Source: Nitrospirota bacterium
Lineage (GTDB): Bacteria; Nitrospirota; Nitrospiria; Nitrospirales; NS-4
Length of the DNA: 54,507 nucleotides
Direction: 5' to 3'
NCBI GenBank assembly: GCA_004298335.1
Contig: SCTG01000048.1
Span: forward strand, 1 to 54,507
In this document: positions 12,629 through 24,709 of the stretch, in pieces
How the letters are laid out: the number at the start of each line of letters is the position of its first letter
How positions within the stretch are numbered: position 1 is the first letter of the stretch
Program-made: the position numbers and the translations under genes
The notes under the pieces: generated by a model
Databases searched by the model: none
What the model was told of the DNA's origin: nothing
Seen by the model: the letters and a program-made list of their open reading frames with translations, nothing else

Positions 12629-14314
12629 ATGGAAAAGCGCATCATCCTCTTCCTTGTCCTCTCGATGGCGGTCATCGTGCTCTATCCCTATCTCCTGGAG
12701 AAGATGGGAATTGCGAAGCGGCCGGTGCCGGCATCGTCTGCGCCTGCGGCCAAGAAAAAGGATGCCGACAAGGCGGCACCCGCGCCCGCGCTGCCCCCGC
12801 CGGCCGCGCAGGCGCCGTCTCTGCCCAAGGCAAGCGTGATGCTCCCGCCGCCGGCGCTGACCGGCGAGCACGAACAGGAGGTGACGGTTGAGACCGACCT
12901 GGCGAGGGTCGTTCTGTCGAACCGCGGCGGCGTGATCAAGCGCTGGGAGCTCAAACGCTATCTGAACACGGACCCCAAACAGCCCAAGCCCATCCAGCTC
13001 GTGCCCGCCGACGAAAAGGGCGTCGCGCTCATCCCGCCGCTGACCGTGGAGGTCCTTGATGCCAAACTGCAGGAGCGGCTGGCCAGAGGTTTGTATGCGG
13101 TTTCTGGAAAGGACCTCAACCTCAACGAGGGCCGGCCCGCCGGCGAGATCGGCTTCTCGTATACGGATCCGGAGACCGGCGCGCAGGTCACGAAGCGGCT
13201 CACGTTTCATCACGGCAGCTACCTCGTGGATCTGACCGTGGAGACATCCGGCGTGAGCAGCTCGACGACCCTCTCGTTGGGTACAAACTTCGGGATCCAT
13301 CAATGGGAGGAGGGCTTCGTCGGCTTCATCGGGCCGGCCACGCACATCGGCGGCAAGCTCGACAAGGCGACGCCCGAGAAAGAAGACCTGCGGGCAGGCC
13401 AGGTGAAGTGGGCCGCCATGCAGGACAAGTATTTTCTCGCGGCCGCCATCCCCGCTGATGCCGTGCTTCATATCGGCGTCGTCCGCAAAGAGGGAGAGCG
13501 GCTGGTCTCGGTCGGACTGCGCACGCCCGCCGCGCCCGGGACCGTCGCGAGCCGCTACCGGCTCTTCGTCGGGCCGAAGGAATACGACACGCTGGAGGCG
13601 CTCAAGATCGAGCTGGAGGAGACGATCGACTTCGGCTGGTTCATCTACGGAAGCTGGTCCTTCGTGCGGGCGGTGGCCAAGCCCCTGTTCTACGCCATCC
13701 GCCACCTCCATGACCTCACCCACAATTACGGCGTGGCCATCATCATCGTCACCATCGGGATCAAGCTCCTGCTCGCGCCCCTCGCTTACAAGAGCTATAA
13801 GTCCATGAAGGACATGGCCGCCATCCAGCCGGAACTGATGGCTCTGCAGAAGAAGTACGCCGACGACCGCGACCGGCTCAACAAGGAACTGATCAAGCTC
13901 TACAAGGACAAGAAGGTGAACCCGGTCGGCGGTTGCCTGCCGATGTTCTTCCAGATTCCCATCTTCGTCGCGCTCTTCAACATCCTCTACATGACGATCG
14001 AGCTGCGACAGGCGCCCTTCCTGCTGTGGGTGAAGGACCTGTCGGTGCAGGACCCCTACTATGTCCTGCCGATCCTGATGGGCGTCACGATGTTCATCCA
14101 GCAGAAAATCCAGCCGACCACGATGGACCCGAAGCAGGCCCAGATCATGCTGCTGCTGCCGGTTTTCCTCACGTTCCTGTTCGTCACGTTCCCGGCCGGG
14201 CTCGTGTTGTACTGGCTGACGAACAACGTCCTCACGATCGCCCAGCAGGTCGTCACCGACCGGTATCTCCTGCCGAAAGCGCCGGCCCCGGCGACGGCTC
14301 CGGCCGCCAAATGA
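12629..14314 (+). CDS. yidC: Membrane protein insertase YidC
   Basis: GPKEY, IDFGWF, NPVGGCLP, PAGLVLYW. Confidence 0.96.
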   Translation: MEKRIILFLVLSMAVIVLYPYLLEKMGIAKRPVPASSAPAAKKKDADKAAPAPALPPPAAQAPSLPKASVMLPPPALTGEHEQEVTVETDLARVVLSNRGGVIKRWELKRYLNTDPKQPKPIQLVPADEKGVALIPPLTVEVLDAKLQERLARGLYAVSGKDLNLNEGRPAGEIGFSYTDPETGAQVTKRLTFHHGSYLVDLTVETSGVSSSTTLSLGTNFGIHQWEEGFVGFIGPATHIGGKLDKATPEKEDLRAGQVKWAAMQDKYFLAAAIPADAVLHIGVVRKEGERLVSVGLRTPAAPGTVASRYRLFVGPKEYDTLEALKIELEETIDFGWFIYGSWSFVRAVAKPLFYAIRHLHDLTHNYGVAIIIVTIGIKLLLAPLAYKSYKSMKDMAAIQPELMALQKKYADDRDRLNKELIKLYKDKKVNPVGGCLPMFFQIPIFVALFNILYMTIELRQAPFLLWVKDLSVQDPYYVLPILMGVTMFIQQKIQPTTMDPKQAQIMLLLPVFLTFLFVTFPAGLVLYWLTNNVLTIAQQVVTDRYLLPKAPAPATAPAAK

Positions 14315-14320
14315 CCGCCC

Positions 14321-15703
14321 ATGAACGCCGGCGACACGATCTGCGCCATTGCCACGCCGCCCGGTGAGGGCGGCATCGGCATCATCCGGATCTCCGGCGA
14401 GAAGGCCCTAGACATCGCCTCGCGGGTCTTTGCCGGTGCCGGTGGCCGGACCGTCCGTGACTACTCGACGCACACCCTGCACCACGGCGAGCTGCGCGCG
14501 CCCGACGGCAAACGCCTAGACGAAGTCCTGGTGGCCGTCATGAAAGCCCCCCGCAGCTATACCTGCGAGGACGTCGTCGAATTCCATTGTCACGGAGGGC
14601 CGCTGATCCTTCGGCTCGGCCTGGAGGCCCTCATCCTGAGCGGTGCGCGGCTGGCGGAGCCGGGGGAGTTCACCAAGCGCGCCTTTCTGAACGGCCGGCT
14701 CGATCTCGCGCAGGCGGAGGCGGTCATGGATCTGATTGCAGCCCGTACCGACACCGGCCTGAGGGTTGCGCTGGAACAGCTCCGCGGAGCCCTGTCGGAG
14801 GAACTCGGACGCCTGCGCGAAGGTCTGGTGCGCCTGCTGGTCGAAGTCGAGGCCGGCATCGACTTTACGGACGAGGACATCACGTTTATTTCCCCGCAGG
14901 CCCTGGCCCAGGGCGTCACCGCGGTCCAGGACCGGATCGGGCGGCTCATCCGGACGGCGGAGGAAGGGCGCATCGTTCGCGAAGGCGTCACGGCGGCGCT
15001 GGTCGGGCGTCCCAATGTGGGCAAGTCCAGCCTCATGAATGCGCTGGCGAAGGCGGATCGGGCGATCGTGACCCCGATCCCCGGCACCACGCGCGACGTG
15101 CTGGAAGAGTTCGTCAACGTGCGCGGCATCCCCGTCCGCTTGCTGGACACGGCGGGCCTGCGGGCGACCGTGGACGTGGTGGAACGCGAGGGGGTGCGCC
15201 GCGCGCATGACGCGCTGGCGCGCGCCGAGCTCGTGCTGGCGGTGCTCGACGGAAACGAGCCGCTGGGCGCCGAGGACCGGCAGTTGCTGGATCTGACGCG
15301 GGGGAAGGCGACGATCCTGGTCGTCAACAAATCGGACCTCCCTCCCCGGCTGGACGTGCACCATCTCAAGGGACTCACGCAAGAAGACCGGATCGTCTGG
15401 ACCTCGGCGACCGGCGGCGCCGGGCTGGAAGAGCTGCGCGACGCGATCCGCGATGCCGTGCTCAAGCAGGGGCCGGAGCCGAGCGAAGGTGTGCTGATCA
15501 CGCACCTGCGCCATCGCGGCGCCCTCGAGCGGGCCCACGCCGCGCTCGCACAGGTGCGGCTCTCGGTCGAGCGCCGCATGGCGGCCGAGTTCATCGCCGT
15601 GGACCTGCGCGGGGCCGTCAACGCGATTGGCGAGATCATCGGCGAGACGACCACGGACGACATCCTTGACCGCATCTTCAGGGAGTTTTGCATCGGCAAA
15701 TGA
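14321..15703 (+). CDS. mnmE: tRNA modification GTPase MnmE
   Basis: [23 protein letters not shown]-terminal FCIGK. Confidence 0.97.
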   Translation: MNAGDTICAIATPPGEGGIGIIRISGEKALDIASRVFAGAGGRTVRDYSTHTLHHGELRAPDGKRLDEVLVAVMKAPRSYTCEDVVEFHCHGGPLILRLGLEALILSGARLAEPGEFTKRAFLNGRLDLAQAEAVMDLIAARTDTGLRVALEQLRGALSEELGRLREGLVRLLVEVEAGIDFTDEDITFISPQALAQGVTAVQDRIGRLIRTAEEGRIVREGVTAALVGRPNVGKSSLMNALAKADRAIVTPIPGTTRDVLEEFVNVRGIPVRLLDTAGLRATVDVVEREGVRRAHDALARAELVLAVLDGNEPLGAEDRQLLDLTRGKATILVVNKSDLPPRLDVHHLKGLTQEDRIVWTSATGGAGLEELRDAIRDAVLKQGPEPSEGVLITHLRHRGALERAHAALAQVRLSVERRMAAEFIAVDLRGAVNAIGEIIGETTTDDILDRIFREFCIGK

Positions 15704-17580
15704 TCGTCCAGGCGCACCAGGAACGCTTCGATGTGATCGTGGTGGGCGGCGGCCATGCGGGTTGCGAGGCCGCGCTCGCGGCGGCGCGCATGGGCGCGCG
15801 CACGGCGCTGCTGACGATGGAGGAGGACAAGATCGCGCAAATGTCCTGCAATCCCGCGATCGGCGGGATTGCGAAGGGGCACCTGGTGAAGGAAATCGAC
15901 GCCCTCGGCGGCGAGATGGGGCGCAACGCCGACGAGACCGGCATCCAGTTCCGGATGCTCAACACGCGGAACGGGCCGGCCGTGCGTTCGCTGCGGGCCC
16001 AGTGCGACAAGAAGCAGTACCGGCTGGTCATGCAGGCGACGCTGCGCGCGCAGCCGGGCCTCGTGATCGTGCGCGGGACCGTGGACCGGATCGAAACGTC
16101 CGGCGGGCGTGTCAGCGGCGTCGTCACCGGCGCGGGCGCGCGGCTCGCCGCCGGGGCCGTCATCCTGACAACAGGAACTTTCCTTAAGGGATTAATTCAC
16201 GTAGGGTTAAACCATTTCCCGGCCGGACGGGCCGGCGAGGCGCCGGCGGAGCATCTCTCCGACTGCATGAAGGAGTTCGGCTTCGAGTTGGGGCGGTTGA
16301 AGACCGGCACCCCTCCCCGCCTCGACCGGGACAGCATCGATTTCTCGGCGCTCGCGCCGCAGTGGGGGGACGATCCGCCGCTGCCGTTCTCGTTCCGGAC
16401 CGAGAAGATTCCAATGCCCCAGGTCTGCTGCCATCTCACGTACACCAACGACGAGACCCATCGCATCATCCAGGAGAACCTCGACCGGTCACCGATGTTC
16501 ACCGGCGTGATCGAAGGGACGGGGCCGCGCTACTGCCCCTCGATCGAGGACAAGGTCGTGCGATTTGCCGACAAGCCACGGCACCAGATCTTCATCGAGC
16601 CGGAAGGACTCGACACTAATGAATATTACCCTAATGGAATTTCGACCAGCCTCCCGGTGGACGTCCAGGCCGCGTTTCTGAAGACCATCCCCGGCCTCGA
16701 GCGCGCGACGATGCTCAAACCAGGGTATGCCGTCGAATACGACTACTTTCCGCCCCGCCAGCTGCATCCCACGATGGAAACGAAACTGGTGGAAGGGCTG
16801 TACCACGCCGGCCAGATCAACGGCACGTCCGGGTACGAAGAGGCGGCCGCCCAGGGGATCATGGCCGGCATCAACGCTGTCCTGAAGATCCGGGGTGAGG
16901 CGCCCTGTATCCTGGACCGGTCGGAAGCCTACATCGGGGTGCTGGTCGACGACCTCATTACCAAGGACGCGCGGGAGCCCTACCGGATGTTCACCTCGCG
17001 GGCCGAATACCGGTTGCTTCTCCGCCAGGATAACGCCGATCTCCGGCTCACGGACATCGGTTATCGGCTGGGGCTCATCCACGCGGGCGCGTACCGACGG
17101 TTTTGTGAGAAGCGCGATGCCATTAGCCTGGAGAAGGAGCGGTTCCTCAAGACCCGGCCCAGGCTCACCCCGGAGGTGGCCGCCAGGGCCGCTACGCTGG
17201 GCCTGGAGGGCCTGAGCCCGGACATGACCCTGGCCGGGCTGCTCCGGCGGCCTGAACTGGACTACGAGGGAGTCATGGACCTGACCGGCCTGGCAAGCCA
17301 CCCTGCCCAGGCCGTGCGCGAACAGGTCGAAATCCAGATCAAGTACGAGGGGTATATCCACCGCCAATCCCACGAGGTGGATAACTTTAAACGCCTCGAA
17401 TCACGCAGAATCCCATGCGATTTCGATTATGCCTGTGTTAAAGGCTTCTCGCGCGAGGTTTCGGAGAAGCTCCAAAAGGTGCGTCCGCACTCGCTGGGAC
17501 AGGCTTCCAGGATCGAGGGGGTCACCCCCGCCGCCGTATCACTCCTTCAGGTAGCCCTGGAGCGGTCCCGTCGAACCTGA
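15700..17580 (+). CDS. mnmG: tRNA uridine modification enzyme MnmG (GidA)
   Basis: [42 protein letters not shown]. Confidence 0.97.
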   Translation: MIVQAHQERFDVIVVGGGHAGCEAALAAARMGARTALLTMEEDKIAQMSCNPAIGGIAKGHLVKEIDALGGEMGRNADETGIQFRMLNTRNGPAVRSLRAQCDKKQYRLVMQATLRAQPGLVIVRGTVDRIETSGGRVSGVVTGAGARLAAGAVILTTGTFLKGLIHVGLNHFPAGRAGEAPAEHLSDCMKEFGFELGRLKTGTPPRLDRDSIDFSALAPQWGDDPPLPFSFRTEKIPMPQVCCHLTYTNDETHRIIQENLDRSPMFTGVIEGTGPRYCPSIEDKVVRFADKPRHQIFIEPEGLDTNEYYPNGISTSLPVDVQAAFLKTIPGLERATMLKPGYAVEYDYFPPRQLHPTMETKLVEGLYHAGQINGTSGYEEAAAQGIMAGINAVLKIRGEAPCILDRSEAYIGVLVDDLITKDAREPYRMFTSRAEYRLLLRQDNADLRLTDIGYRLGLIHAGAYRRFCEKRDAISLEKERFLKTRPRLTPEVAARAATLGLEGLSPDMTLAGLLRRPELDYEGVMDLTGLASHPAQAVREQVEIQIKYEGYIHRQSHEVDNFKRLESRRIPCDFDYACVKGFSREVSEKLQKVRPHSLGQASRIEGVTPAAVSLLQVALERSRRT

Positions 17581-17583
17581 TAT

Positions 17584-17599
17584 TGTTCCACGTGGAACA
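17584..17599. promoter_or_regulatory. parS site 1
   Basis: Perfect palindrome TGTTCCACGTGGAACA matching the parS consensus. Confidence 0.93.
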
Positions 17600-18285
17600 T
17601 GTCGCCCAATCCTTCCGCCCCTGATCTTTTCTCTCCGGCCGCAGCCCTGATGGAGGGCGGCTTGCGTTTGGGGATACCCCTTTCCCCCCATACCGTCGCC
17701 AGGCTGGTCCGCTATCTCCAGGAACTCATGCGGTGGAGCGCAAGAGTCAACCTGACGGGCCTGATCACCGAGCGCGACATCATCAGCAAACACTTCCTCG
17801 ATTCGCTGGCCGCCGTCAAACTCATCAAACCGGACCTGGGGCTTATCCGGCCGGGACCCGGCTTGCGGGTTCTGGATGTCGGTACGGGCGCCGGGTTTCC
17901 CGGGCTGGTGTTGAAGCTCCAGGACCCTGACTTGGCCGTGACCTTGCTCGAACCGTCCCAGAAGAAGGCGGCGTTCCTCCACCACATGATCGGGCTCCTG
18001 GGGATTTCCGGAGTCGCGGTCCTGATTGCGCGGCTCGAGGACCTCGATCCCGTGCAGACAGGCCCCTTCGACCTCGTGACAAGCCGGGCCGTCCGGCCCG
18101 AGCTCATCCTCACGGAGGCCCCTCGGCTCCTGGCCCGCGGCGGTCGGGTTCTGCTCTTCAGGGTCAGCCCGATGGAACAAGGCCCATCGGGGTACCGCCT
18201 CATCCAGGAAGCGTCGTTCGCCCTGCCTTTTACCGACGACCCCCGCACCCTGACCCTCCTGGAACCTGCTGTTTCTTCTTCTTAA
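17599..18285 (+). CDS. rsmG: 16S rRNA m7G527 methyltransferase RsmG (GidB)
   Basis: W..RVNLT, KHFLDSL, LDVGTGAGFPG, SRAV. Confidence 0.93.
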   Translation: MSPNPSAPDLFSPAAALMEGGLRLGIPLSPHTVARLVRYLQELMRWSARVNLTGLITERDIISKHFLDSLAAVKLIKPDLGLIRPGPGLRVLDVGTGAGFPGLVLKLQDPDLAVTLLEPSQKKAAFLHHMIGLLGISGVAVLIARLEDLDPVQTGPFDLVTSRAVRPELILTEAPRLLARGGRVLLFRVSPMEQGPSGYRLIQEASFALPFTDDPRTLTLLEPAVSSS

Positions 18286-18294
18286 TCCTCCATT

Positions 18295-18310
18295 TGTTCC
18301 ACGTGGAACA
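18295..18310. promoter_or_regulatory. parS site 2
   Basis: Perfect palindrome TGTTCCACGTGGAACA. Confidence 0.93.
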
Positions 18311-18330
18311 ATAGGCCGAGCGAAGTTCCG

Positions 18331-18359
18331 TTGACACGTTAGGGCGCACTTGCTAGCAT
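18331..18359 (+). promoter_or_regulatory. Putative sigma70 promoter of parAB
   Basis: TTGACA-17 bp-TAGCAT. Confidence 0.7.
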
Positions 18360-18389
18360 GATCCCCTTTCGGAGGTTCCAAGCCGATCC

Positions 18390-19166
18390 ATGGGGCGAGT
18401 TCTCGCCATCGCCAATCAGAAAGGAGGGGTTGGCAAGACCACAACCGCCATCAATCTGGCGGCCTCTCTGGCGGTGGCGGAACGGACAGTCCTGCTGGTG
18501 GACCTGGACCCGCAGGCCAATGCCACCAGCGGCGTTGGAGTTGATCGGGACGGGATCAAGCTTTCGACCTATGATGCCCTGATCCGGGGCCGGAAGGTTT
18601 CGGAAGTTGTCGTGAGGTCGGCCGTTCCCCGGCTCGACGTGGTACCCTCCGAGCCTGACCTGGCTGCGGCGGAAGTGGAACTCGCTGGCTTGGAGAAGCG
18701 GGAACTGGTCCTGCGGCGGGTTTTGGAAGACGCCGCCAGGCAGTATGACTTCGTGCTGGTGGATTGCCCGCCGGCTCTGGGGTTGTTGACCGTGAATGCC
18801 CTCGTTGCGGCAGACGCGCTGCTGGTTCCCGTGCAATGCGAGTTTTACGCGATGGAGGGGCTGGGCCGATTGATGCAGACCGTCGAGATGGTGCGCAAGT
18901 CCTTGAATCCGTCGCTGGCCATTGAGGGGATCCTGCTGACCCTGTTCGACGGGCGGAACAATCTCCATAAGCAGGTGGCAGATGAGATACGTAAGCATTT
19001 TACGGGCAAGGTGTTCAAGGCCGTGATCCCGCGCAATATCAGGCTCGCGGAGGCTCCCAGTCATGGAGCGCCGGTGCTCATGTACGACGTGACCTCGACT
19101 GGGGCGCAGGCGTACCTGAGTCTGGCCAAGGAAGTCCTGGCACATGCAAAAAAAGGCGCTCGGTAG
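18390..19166 (+). CDS. parA: Chromosome partitioning ATPase ParA/Soj
   Basis: [37 protein letters not shown]. Confidence 0.96.
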   Translation: MGRVLAIANQKGGVGKTTTAINLAASLAVAERTVLLVDLDPQANATSGVGVDRDGIKLSTYDALIRGRKVSEVVVRSAVPRLDVVPSEPDLAAAEVELAGLEKRELVLRRVLEDAARQYDFVLVDCPPALGLLTVNALVAADALLVPVQCEFYAMEGLGRLMQTVEMVRKSLNPSLAIEGILLTLFDGRNNLHKQVADEIRKHFTGKVFKAVIPRNIRLAEAPSHGAPVLMYDVTSTGAQAYLSLAKEVLAHAKKGAR

Positions 19167-19980
19167 AGGACTGCAAACCCTGATTCCCGTCGGCAATGCC
19201 GTCGGGCGGGATGAGATCGAGGACGTTCCGCTGTCCCTGGTCTCGCCCAATCCCTTTCAGCCGCGCCGTATCTTCGATGAGGCCGAGTTGGAGGAGCTGG
19301 CCAACTCGATCAAGGCCAAGGGGGTGTTGCAGCCGATCCTGGTGCGGAAACTCGGCGACGGCGGGTACGAGCTGATCGCCGGCGAACGGCGCTGGCGCGC
19401 GGCCAAACTCGCCGGCCTGAAGAAAATTCCGGCTATCATTCGCCCGGCCACCGATGCCGAGGCGATGGAAATGGCGCTGATCGAGAACCTTCAGCGCAAG
19501 GACCTGAATCCGATGGAGGCCGCGCGGGCCTATCAGCGCCTGATGAAGGAATTCGGACTGACACAGGAGGCGGTTTCACGTGCCCTGGGGAAAGAACGGT
19601 CCTCGATCGCGAACACTGTGCGGCTCCTGGCGCTCCAGTCCGAGGTGCAGGCCTGGGTCGAGAGCGACCAGTTGTCGTGGGGGCACGCCAAGGTCCTGCT
19701 GGCGGTCTCCGATCCGGAGCAGCAGATTCGCCTGGGGCGACAGGCCGTGACGGAGCGGCTGTCGGTGCGGGACCTCGAGCGCCTGGTCCGGCCAGCCCCT
19801 CGACCCGGCCGTTCGAACAACGCCCGCAAGGGCCACCGGCCCAGCGAGATCGAGGAACGGATGTCACGTCGGTTGGGCACGAAAGTGCGGCTGATCCACG
19901 GCAAGACGGGGGGGAAAATCGTCGTCGACTATTACTCTCCCGCCGATCTTGAAAGAGTCATCGACATGATCCTGGGATAG
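19144..19980 (+). CDS. parB: Chromosome partitioning protein ParB
   Basis: [28 protein letters not shown] region. Confidence 0.96.
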   Translation: MQKKALGRGLQTLIPVGNAVGRDEIEDVPLSLVSPNPFQPRRIFDEAELEELANSIKAKGVLQPILVRKLGDGGYELIAGERRWRAAKLAGLKKIPAIIRPATDAEAMEMALIENLQRKDLNPMEAARAYQRLMKEFGLTQEAVSRALGKERSSIANTVRLLALQSEVQAWVESDQLSWGHAKVLLAVSDPEQQIRLGRQAVTERLSVRDLERLVRPAPRPGRSNNARKGHRPSEIEERMSRRLGTKVRLIHGKTGGKIVVDYYSPADLERVIDMILG

Positions 19981-20026
19981 GTAATGAGTAGTAAAACGTA
20001 CCTAATTTTAATTAAGGAGAAAAATT

Positions 20027-20503
20027 ATGTGGAAAAAGGGCGATGATGTCGAGAAGCAGGAGGATGACCTGAACGGACCGGGCGCCGCGGGCGCGTCGGA
20101 CGAGGAGGTGATCGCCTTCGTCGGCCGGGGCGTCGAGTTCAAGGGCGTGATCACGTACGACGGGACGGTCCGCATCGACGGCCGCCTGGATGGAGAGATC
20201 CACACCGATGGCGTGCTGGTCGTCGGCGAGGATGCCGTCCTGACGGCGCAGATCACCGCCGGCACGGTGATCAGCCGGGGCAAGATCACGGGGGACATCG
20301 TGGCGGCCGGCAAGGTCCGCCTCCAGGCGCCGGCCGTGCTGAACGGCTCCGTGAAAGCGCCGCTGCTTTCCATTGAAGAGGGGGTGCTCTTCAACGGAAG
20401 TCTGGAGATGGCCAAGGCCGAACCGGCCGAAGCCGGCAAGGCTCAGGCGGGCGGGTCGGTCACGCCTATTCGCGTCAGCTCGACGATGAAGACGGTGGGC
20501 TAA
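20027..20503 (+). CDS. Bactofilin 1
   Basis: G.GVEFKG.I...GTVRIDG...GEI...EEGV.F.G beta-helix pattern. Confidence 0.92.
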   Translation: MWKKGDDVEKQEDDLNGPGAAGASDEEVIAFVGRGVEFKGVITYDGTVRIDGRLDGEIHTDGVLVVGEDAVLTAQITAGTVISRGKITGDIVAAGKVRLQAPAVLNGSVKAPLLSIEEGVLFNGSLEMAKAEPAEAGKAQAGGSVTPIRVSSTMKTVG

Positions 20504-20515
20504 AGGAGACGACCC

Positions 20516-20959
20516 ATGTGGTCCAAAAAGGACAAGAACAATCCCTACTCGATGACCGGCGAGGAGTCTTTCACGTTCCTCGGCAAGGGATCCCAGTTCA
20601 AGGGGATCGTCACCTTCGAAGGCACGATCCGCATTGACGGCCGGCTCGAGGGCGAGATCCACACGAAGGGCACCCTCGTCGTGGGCGAGCATGCCGTCAT
20701 TGAAGGAGACATCAGCGCCGACGTGGTGATCAGCGGCGGGCGGGTCACCGGCAACATCGTCGCCAAGGAAAAGGTCCAGCTGCTCTCCACCGGGGTCGTG
20801 CTCGGGACCATCAAGACCCCGCTGCTGACGGTGGAAGAGGGCGTCCGCTTTATGGGCAACTGCGAGGCGGAGGGGCGGGGCGAAGTCAGGACCCTGGAAG
20901 GGGCGAGAGAGACGATCCAGCAGCCGCAGCAAGGAACGGCGCGGGCTCGCGGCGCGTAG
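20516..20959 (+). CDS. Bactofilin 2
   Basis: Paralog of the preceding gene: FKG.VTFEGTIRIDG...EEGVRF.G. Confidence 0.92.
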   Translation: MWSKKDKNNPYSMTGEESFTFLGKGSQFKGIVTFEGTIRIDGRLEGEIHTKGTLVVGEHAVIEGDISADVVISGGRVTGNIVAKEKVQLLSTGVVLGTIKTPLLTVEEGVRFMGNCEAEGRGEVRTLEGARETIQQPQQGTARARGA

Positions 20960-20976
20960 GGGAACGGCCGCGCGGC

Positions 20977-21426
20977 ATGTTCACAGGGAAAGACAAGAAG
21001 AAAGAGCTCCCGCAGGAGGGGAAGGAAACCTTTACCTTCCTGGCGCGCGGGTTTGAGTTCAAGGGGACGCTGACTTTCGAGGGCACAGTCCGCATCGACG
21101 GCTCCGTGGCCGGGGAAATCCGCTCGAACGGAACCATTATCCTGGGCGAGCATGCGGCGGTCGAGGGGGACGTCAGCGCCGGCACGATCGTCAGCGGCGG
21201 GAAGATCACCGGGAACGTGATGGCGACGGAAAAGGTGCATCTTCTCCCGACCGCCATGCTGCGCGGGGATGTGATGGCCCCGCTCGTGCAAATGGACGAA
21301 GGGGTGAGCTTTCACGGCACGTGCGAGTCGGAAGGCCGCGTCAAGAAAAAGGCACCGGAGGAAGTGCGCGAGATGCCGAGCCAGGTGCCCAAAGTGCGCG
21401 TTTCTCATCGCGGGGAGGCCCTGTAA
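20977..21426 (+). CDS. Bactofilin 3
   Basis: Paralog: FKGTLTFEGTVRIDG...DEGVSF.G. Confidence 0.92.
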   Translation: MFTGKDKKKELPQEGKETFTFLARGFEFKGTLTFEGTVRIDGSVAGEIRSNGTIILGEHAAVEGDVSAGTIVSGGKITGNVMATEKVHLLPTAMLRGDVMAPLVQMDEGVSFHGTCESEGRVKKKAPEEVREMPSQVPKVRVSHRGEAL

Positions 21427-21432
21427 AACTCG

Positions 21433-22521
21433 ATGAAGTCTGTCGTCGTGGGCATGTCGGGAGGGGTGGACAGCGCCGTTGCCGCCGCGTTGCTGGTGGA
21501 GCAGGGCTGGCTGGTGCAAGGCGTCACGCTTCAGACCTGGGAGACCGAGGATGACGAAACGACCTCGAAGAAGTGGCAGGAACGCGGGTGCTGCAAGATC
21601 GGCATCGCCCGGTACGTCGCCGAGCGGCTGAGCATCCCGCACCGGGTGATCGACATCCGCGGCCATTTCCGCGCGGCCGTCGTGCAGGATTTCATCCAGG
21701 GGTATCTCTCGGGCCTGACGCCGAACCCCTGCGTCCGATGCAACGAACGGGTGAAGTTCGGCTGCCTGGTGGACGCCGCCCGGGAGATGGGGGCGGACTA
21801 TGTCGCGACCGGCCACTACGCCCAAGTCCTGCCGGACGAGACGGGCCGCCTGCATCTCCACAAGGGGGGAATGCCCAGGAAGGATCAGAGCTATTTCCTC
21901 TATCGCCTGAACCGTGGATGGCTTCCCGGCATTCTGTTTCCGGTGGGAGGCATGCACAAGGACGAAGTCTGGTCCCGCGCTGAAGCGATCGGTTTGCCGG
22001 CCGACGAAGTGAAGGAGAGCCAGGAGATCTGCTTCGTGACAAAGGGCGACTATCGCGGCTTTCTGGAAGAGGAGGCCCCGCAGGCCGCGCAGCCGGGCGC
22101 CTTTGTCGGCACGGACGGCACGGTGATGGGCACGCACCGCGGGGTGCCCTTCTATACGCCGGGGCAGCGGCGGGGCCTGGGCATCGCTGCGGACCGGCGG
22201 CTGTACGTTGTCCGCGTGGACGCCCCGAGCAATACCGTGGTGGTGGGGCGCGAGGAAGATCTGCAGGAGTCCGCGTGCACCGTCGGCGATCTGAATCTCC
22301 TCGGCTTGGATCATATTGAAGAGCCGGTCCGCGCGCAGGTCAAGGTCCGGTATGCCACCCCCGCGGTCCCGGCGACCATTCGGCCGATTGAAGAAGGGCG
22401 CCTCCGCATCCAATTTGATTCGCCCCAGCGGGCGCTTAGCCCGGGACAGTCTGCGGTCTTCTATCAGGGGGAGCGGGTCTTGGGAGGCGGCATTATCGAG
22501 GCTGTGGCCGGCAGGGGCTGA
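21433..22521 (+). CDS. mnmA: tRNA 2-thiouridylase MnmA
   Basis: MSGGVDS, TPNPCVRCN, ATGHY, KDQSYFL, ESQEICF. Confidence 0.95.
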   Translation: MKSVVVGMSGGVDSAVAAALLVEQGWLVQGVTLQTWETEDDETTSKKWQERGCCKIGIARYVAERLSIPHRVIDIRGHFRAAVVQDFIQGYLSGLTPNPCVRCNERVKFGCLVDAAREMGADYVATGHYAQVLPDETGRLHLHKGGMPRKDQSYFLYRLNRGWLPGILFPVGGMHKDEVWSRAEAIGLPADEVKESQEICFVTKGDYRGFLEEEAPQAAQPGAFVGTDGTVMGTHRGVPFYTPGQRRGLGIAADRRLYVVRVDAPSNTVVVGREEDLQESACTVGDLNLLGLDHIEEPVRAQVKVRYATPAVPATIRPIEEGRLRIQFDSPQRALSPGQSAVFYQGERVLGGGIIEAVAGRG

Positions 22522-22536
22522 AGCGTGGCGAAGTGC

Positions 22537-22565
22537 TTGACGGCATTAGGGTTTCGTGCTATGGT
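22537..22565 (+). promoter_or_regulatory. Putative sigma70 promoter of the atp F1 operon
   Basis: TTGACG-17 bp-TATGGT. Confidence 0.65.
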
Positions 22566-22628
22566 GCGCCGCTTTTTGAGTGAGCCTGCCAGCTCGACGC
22601 CACGTCACAAAAGGCGGTTGTTGATAAC

Positions 22629-23168
22629 GTGATTCAGACGGCGATTGCACGACGGTACGCGAAGGCCCTGTTCGAGTTGCAGGAGCCTGCCGATGTCGGC
22701 CCGACCGCGAAGACCCTCCGCGTGCTGGCGGAAGCGTTCGCGGGTTCCCGCGAGTTCCGGAACTTGCTGCTGAGCCCGGTATTCACCCGGGAGCAGAAGG
22801 CGGCCGTGGTCGCCCAACTGGCGGCCAAGACGGCGTGCCCTCCGATCACCGGCCGGTTCCTCGCCCACGTCGTCCGCAAAAACCGGATCGCGCAACTTCG
22901 GGAAATCAGCGACGCGTTCGGCAGGCTCGCCGACCAGGTGTCGAATCGCAAGGTCGTCGAGGTGGCGGCCGCCCGCCCGCTGACCGACGAGCAGCAGGCC
23001 GCCATCCGCACCAAGCTCGAGCAGGTCACGCGCAGCCAGATCGATCTCTCAATCCACGTTGATCCCGCCGTGCTCGGCGGGTTGGAAATTCGCATCGGCA
23101 GCACGGTGTACGACGGGACGGTCCGCGGCCAGCTGGCGCGGCTGCGGTCGGCCCTCGCGAAAGTTTAG
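22629..23168 (+). CDS. atpH: ATP synthase F1 delta subunit
   Basis: [23 protein letters not shown]. Confidence 0.93.
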   Translation: MIQTAIARRYAKALFELQEPADVGPTAKTLRVLAEAFAGSREFRNLLLSPVFTREQKAAVVAQLAAKTACPPITGRFLAHVVRKNRIAQLREISDAFGRLADQVSNRKVVEVAAARPLTDEQQAAIRTKLEQVTRSQIDLSIHVDPAVLGGLEIRIGSTVYDGTVRGQLARLRSALAKV

Positions 23169-23182
23169 AGAAGGAGCCAAGG

Positions 23183-24703
<1,521 letters not shown>

Positions 24704-24709
24704 AGACTC

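Noticed and set aside
19572-19587. parS-like GGTTTCACGTGCCCTG inside parB
   Set aside because: Only one half-site matches; not palindromic
18337-22559. TTAGGG in the spacers of both the parA and atp promoters
   Set aside because: A 6-mer in two places at different offsets is too weak to call a shared regulator site
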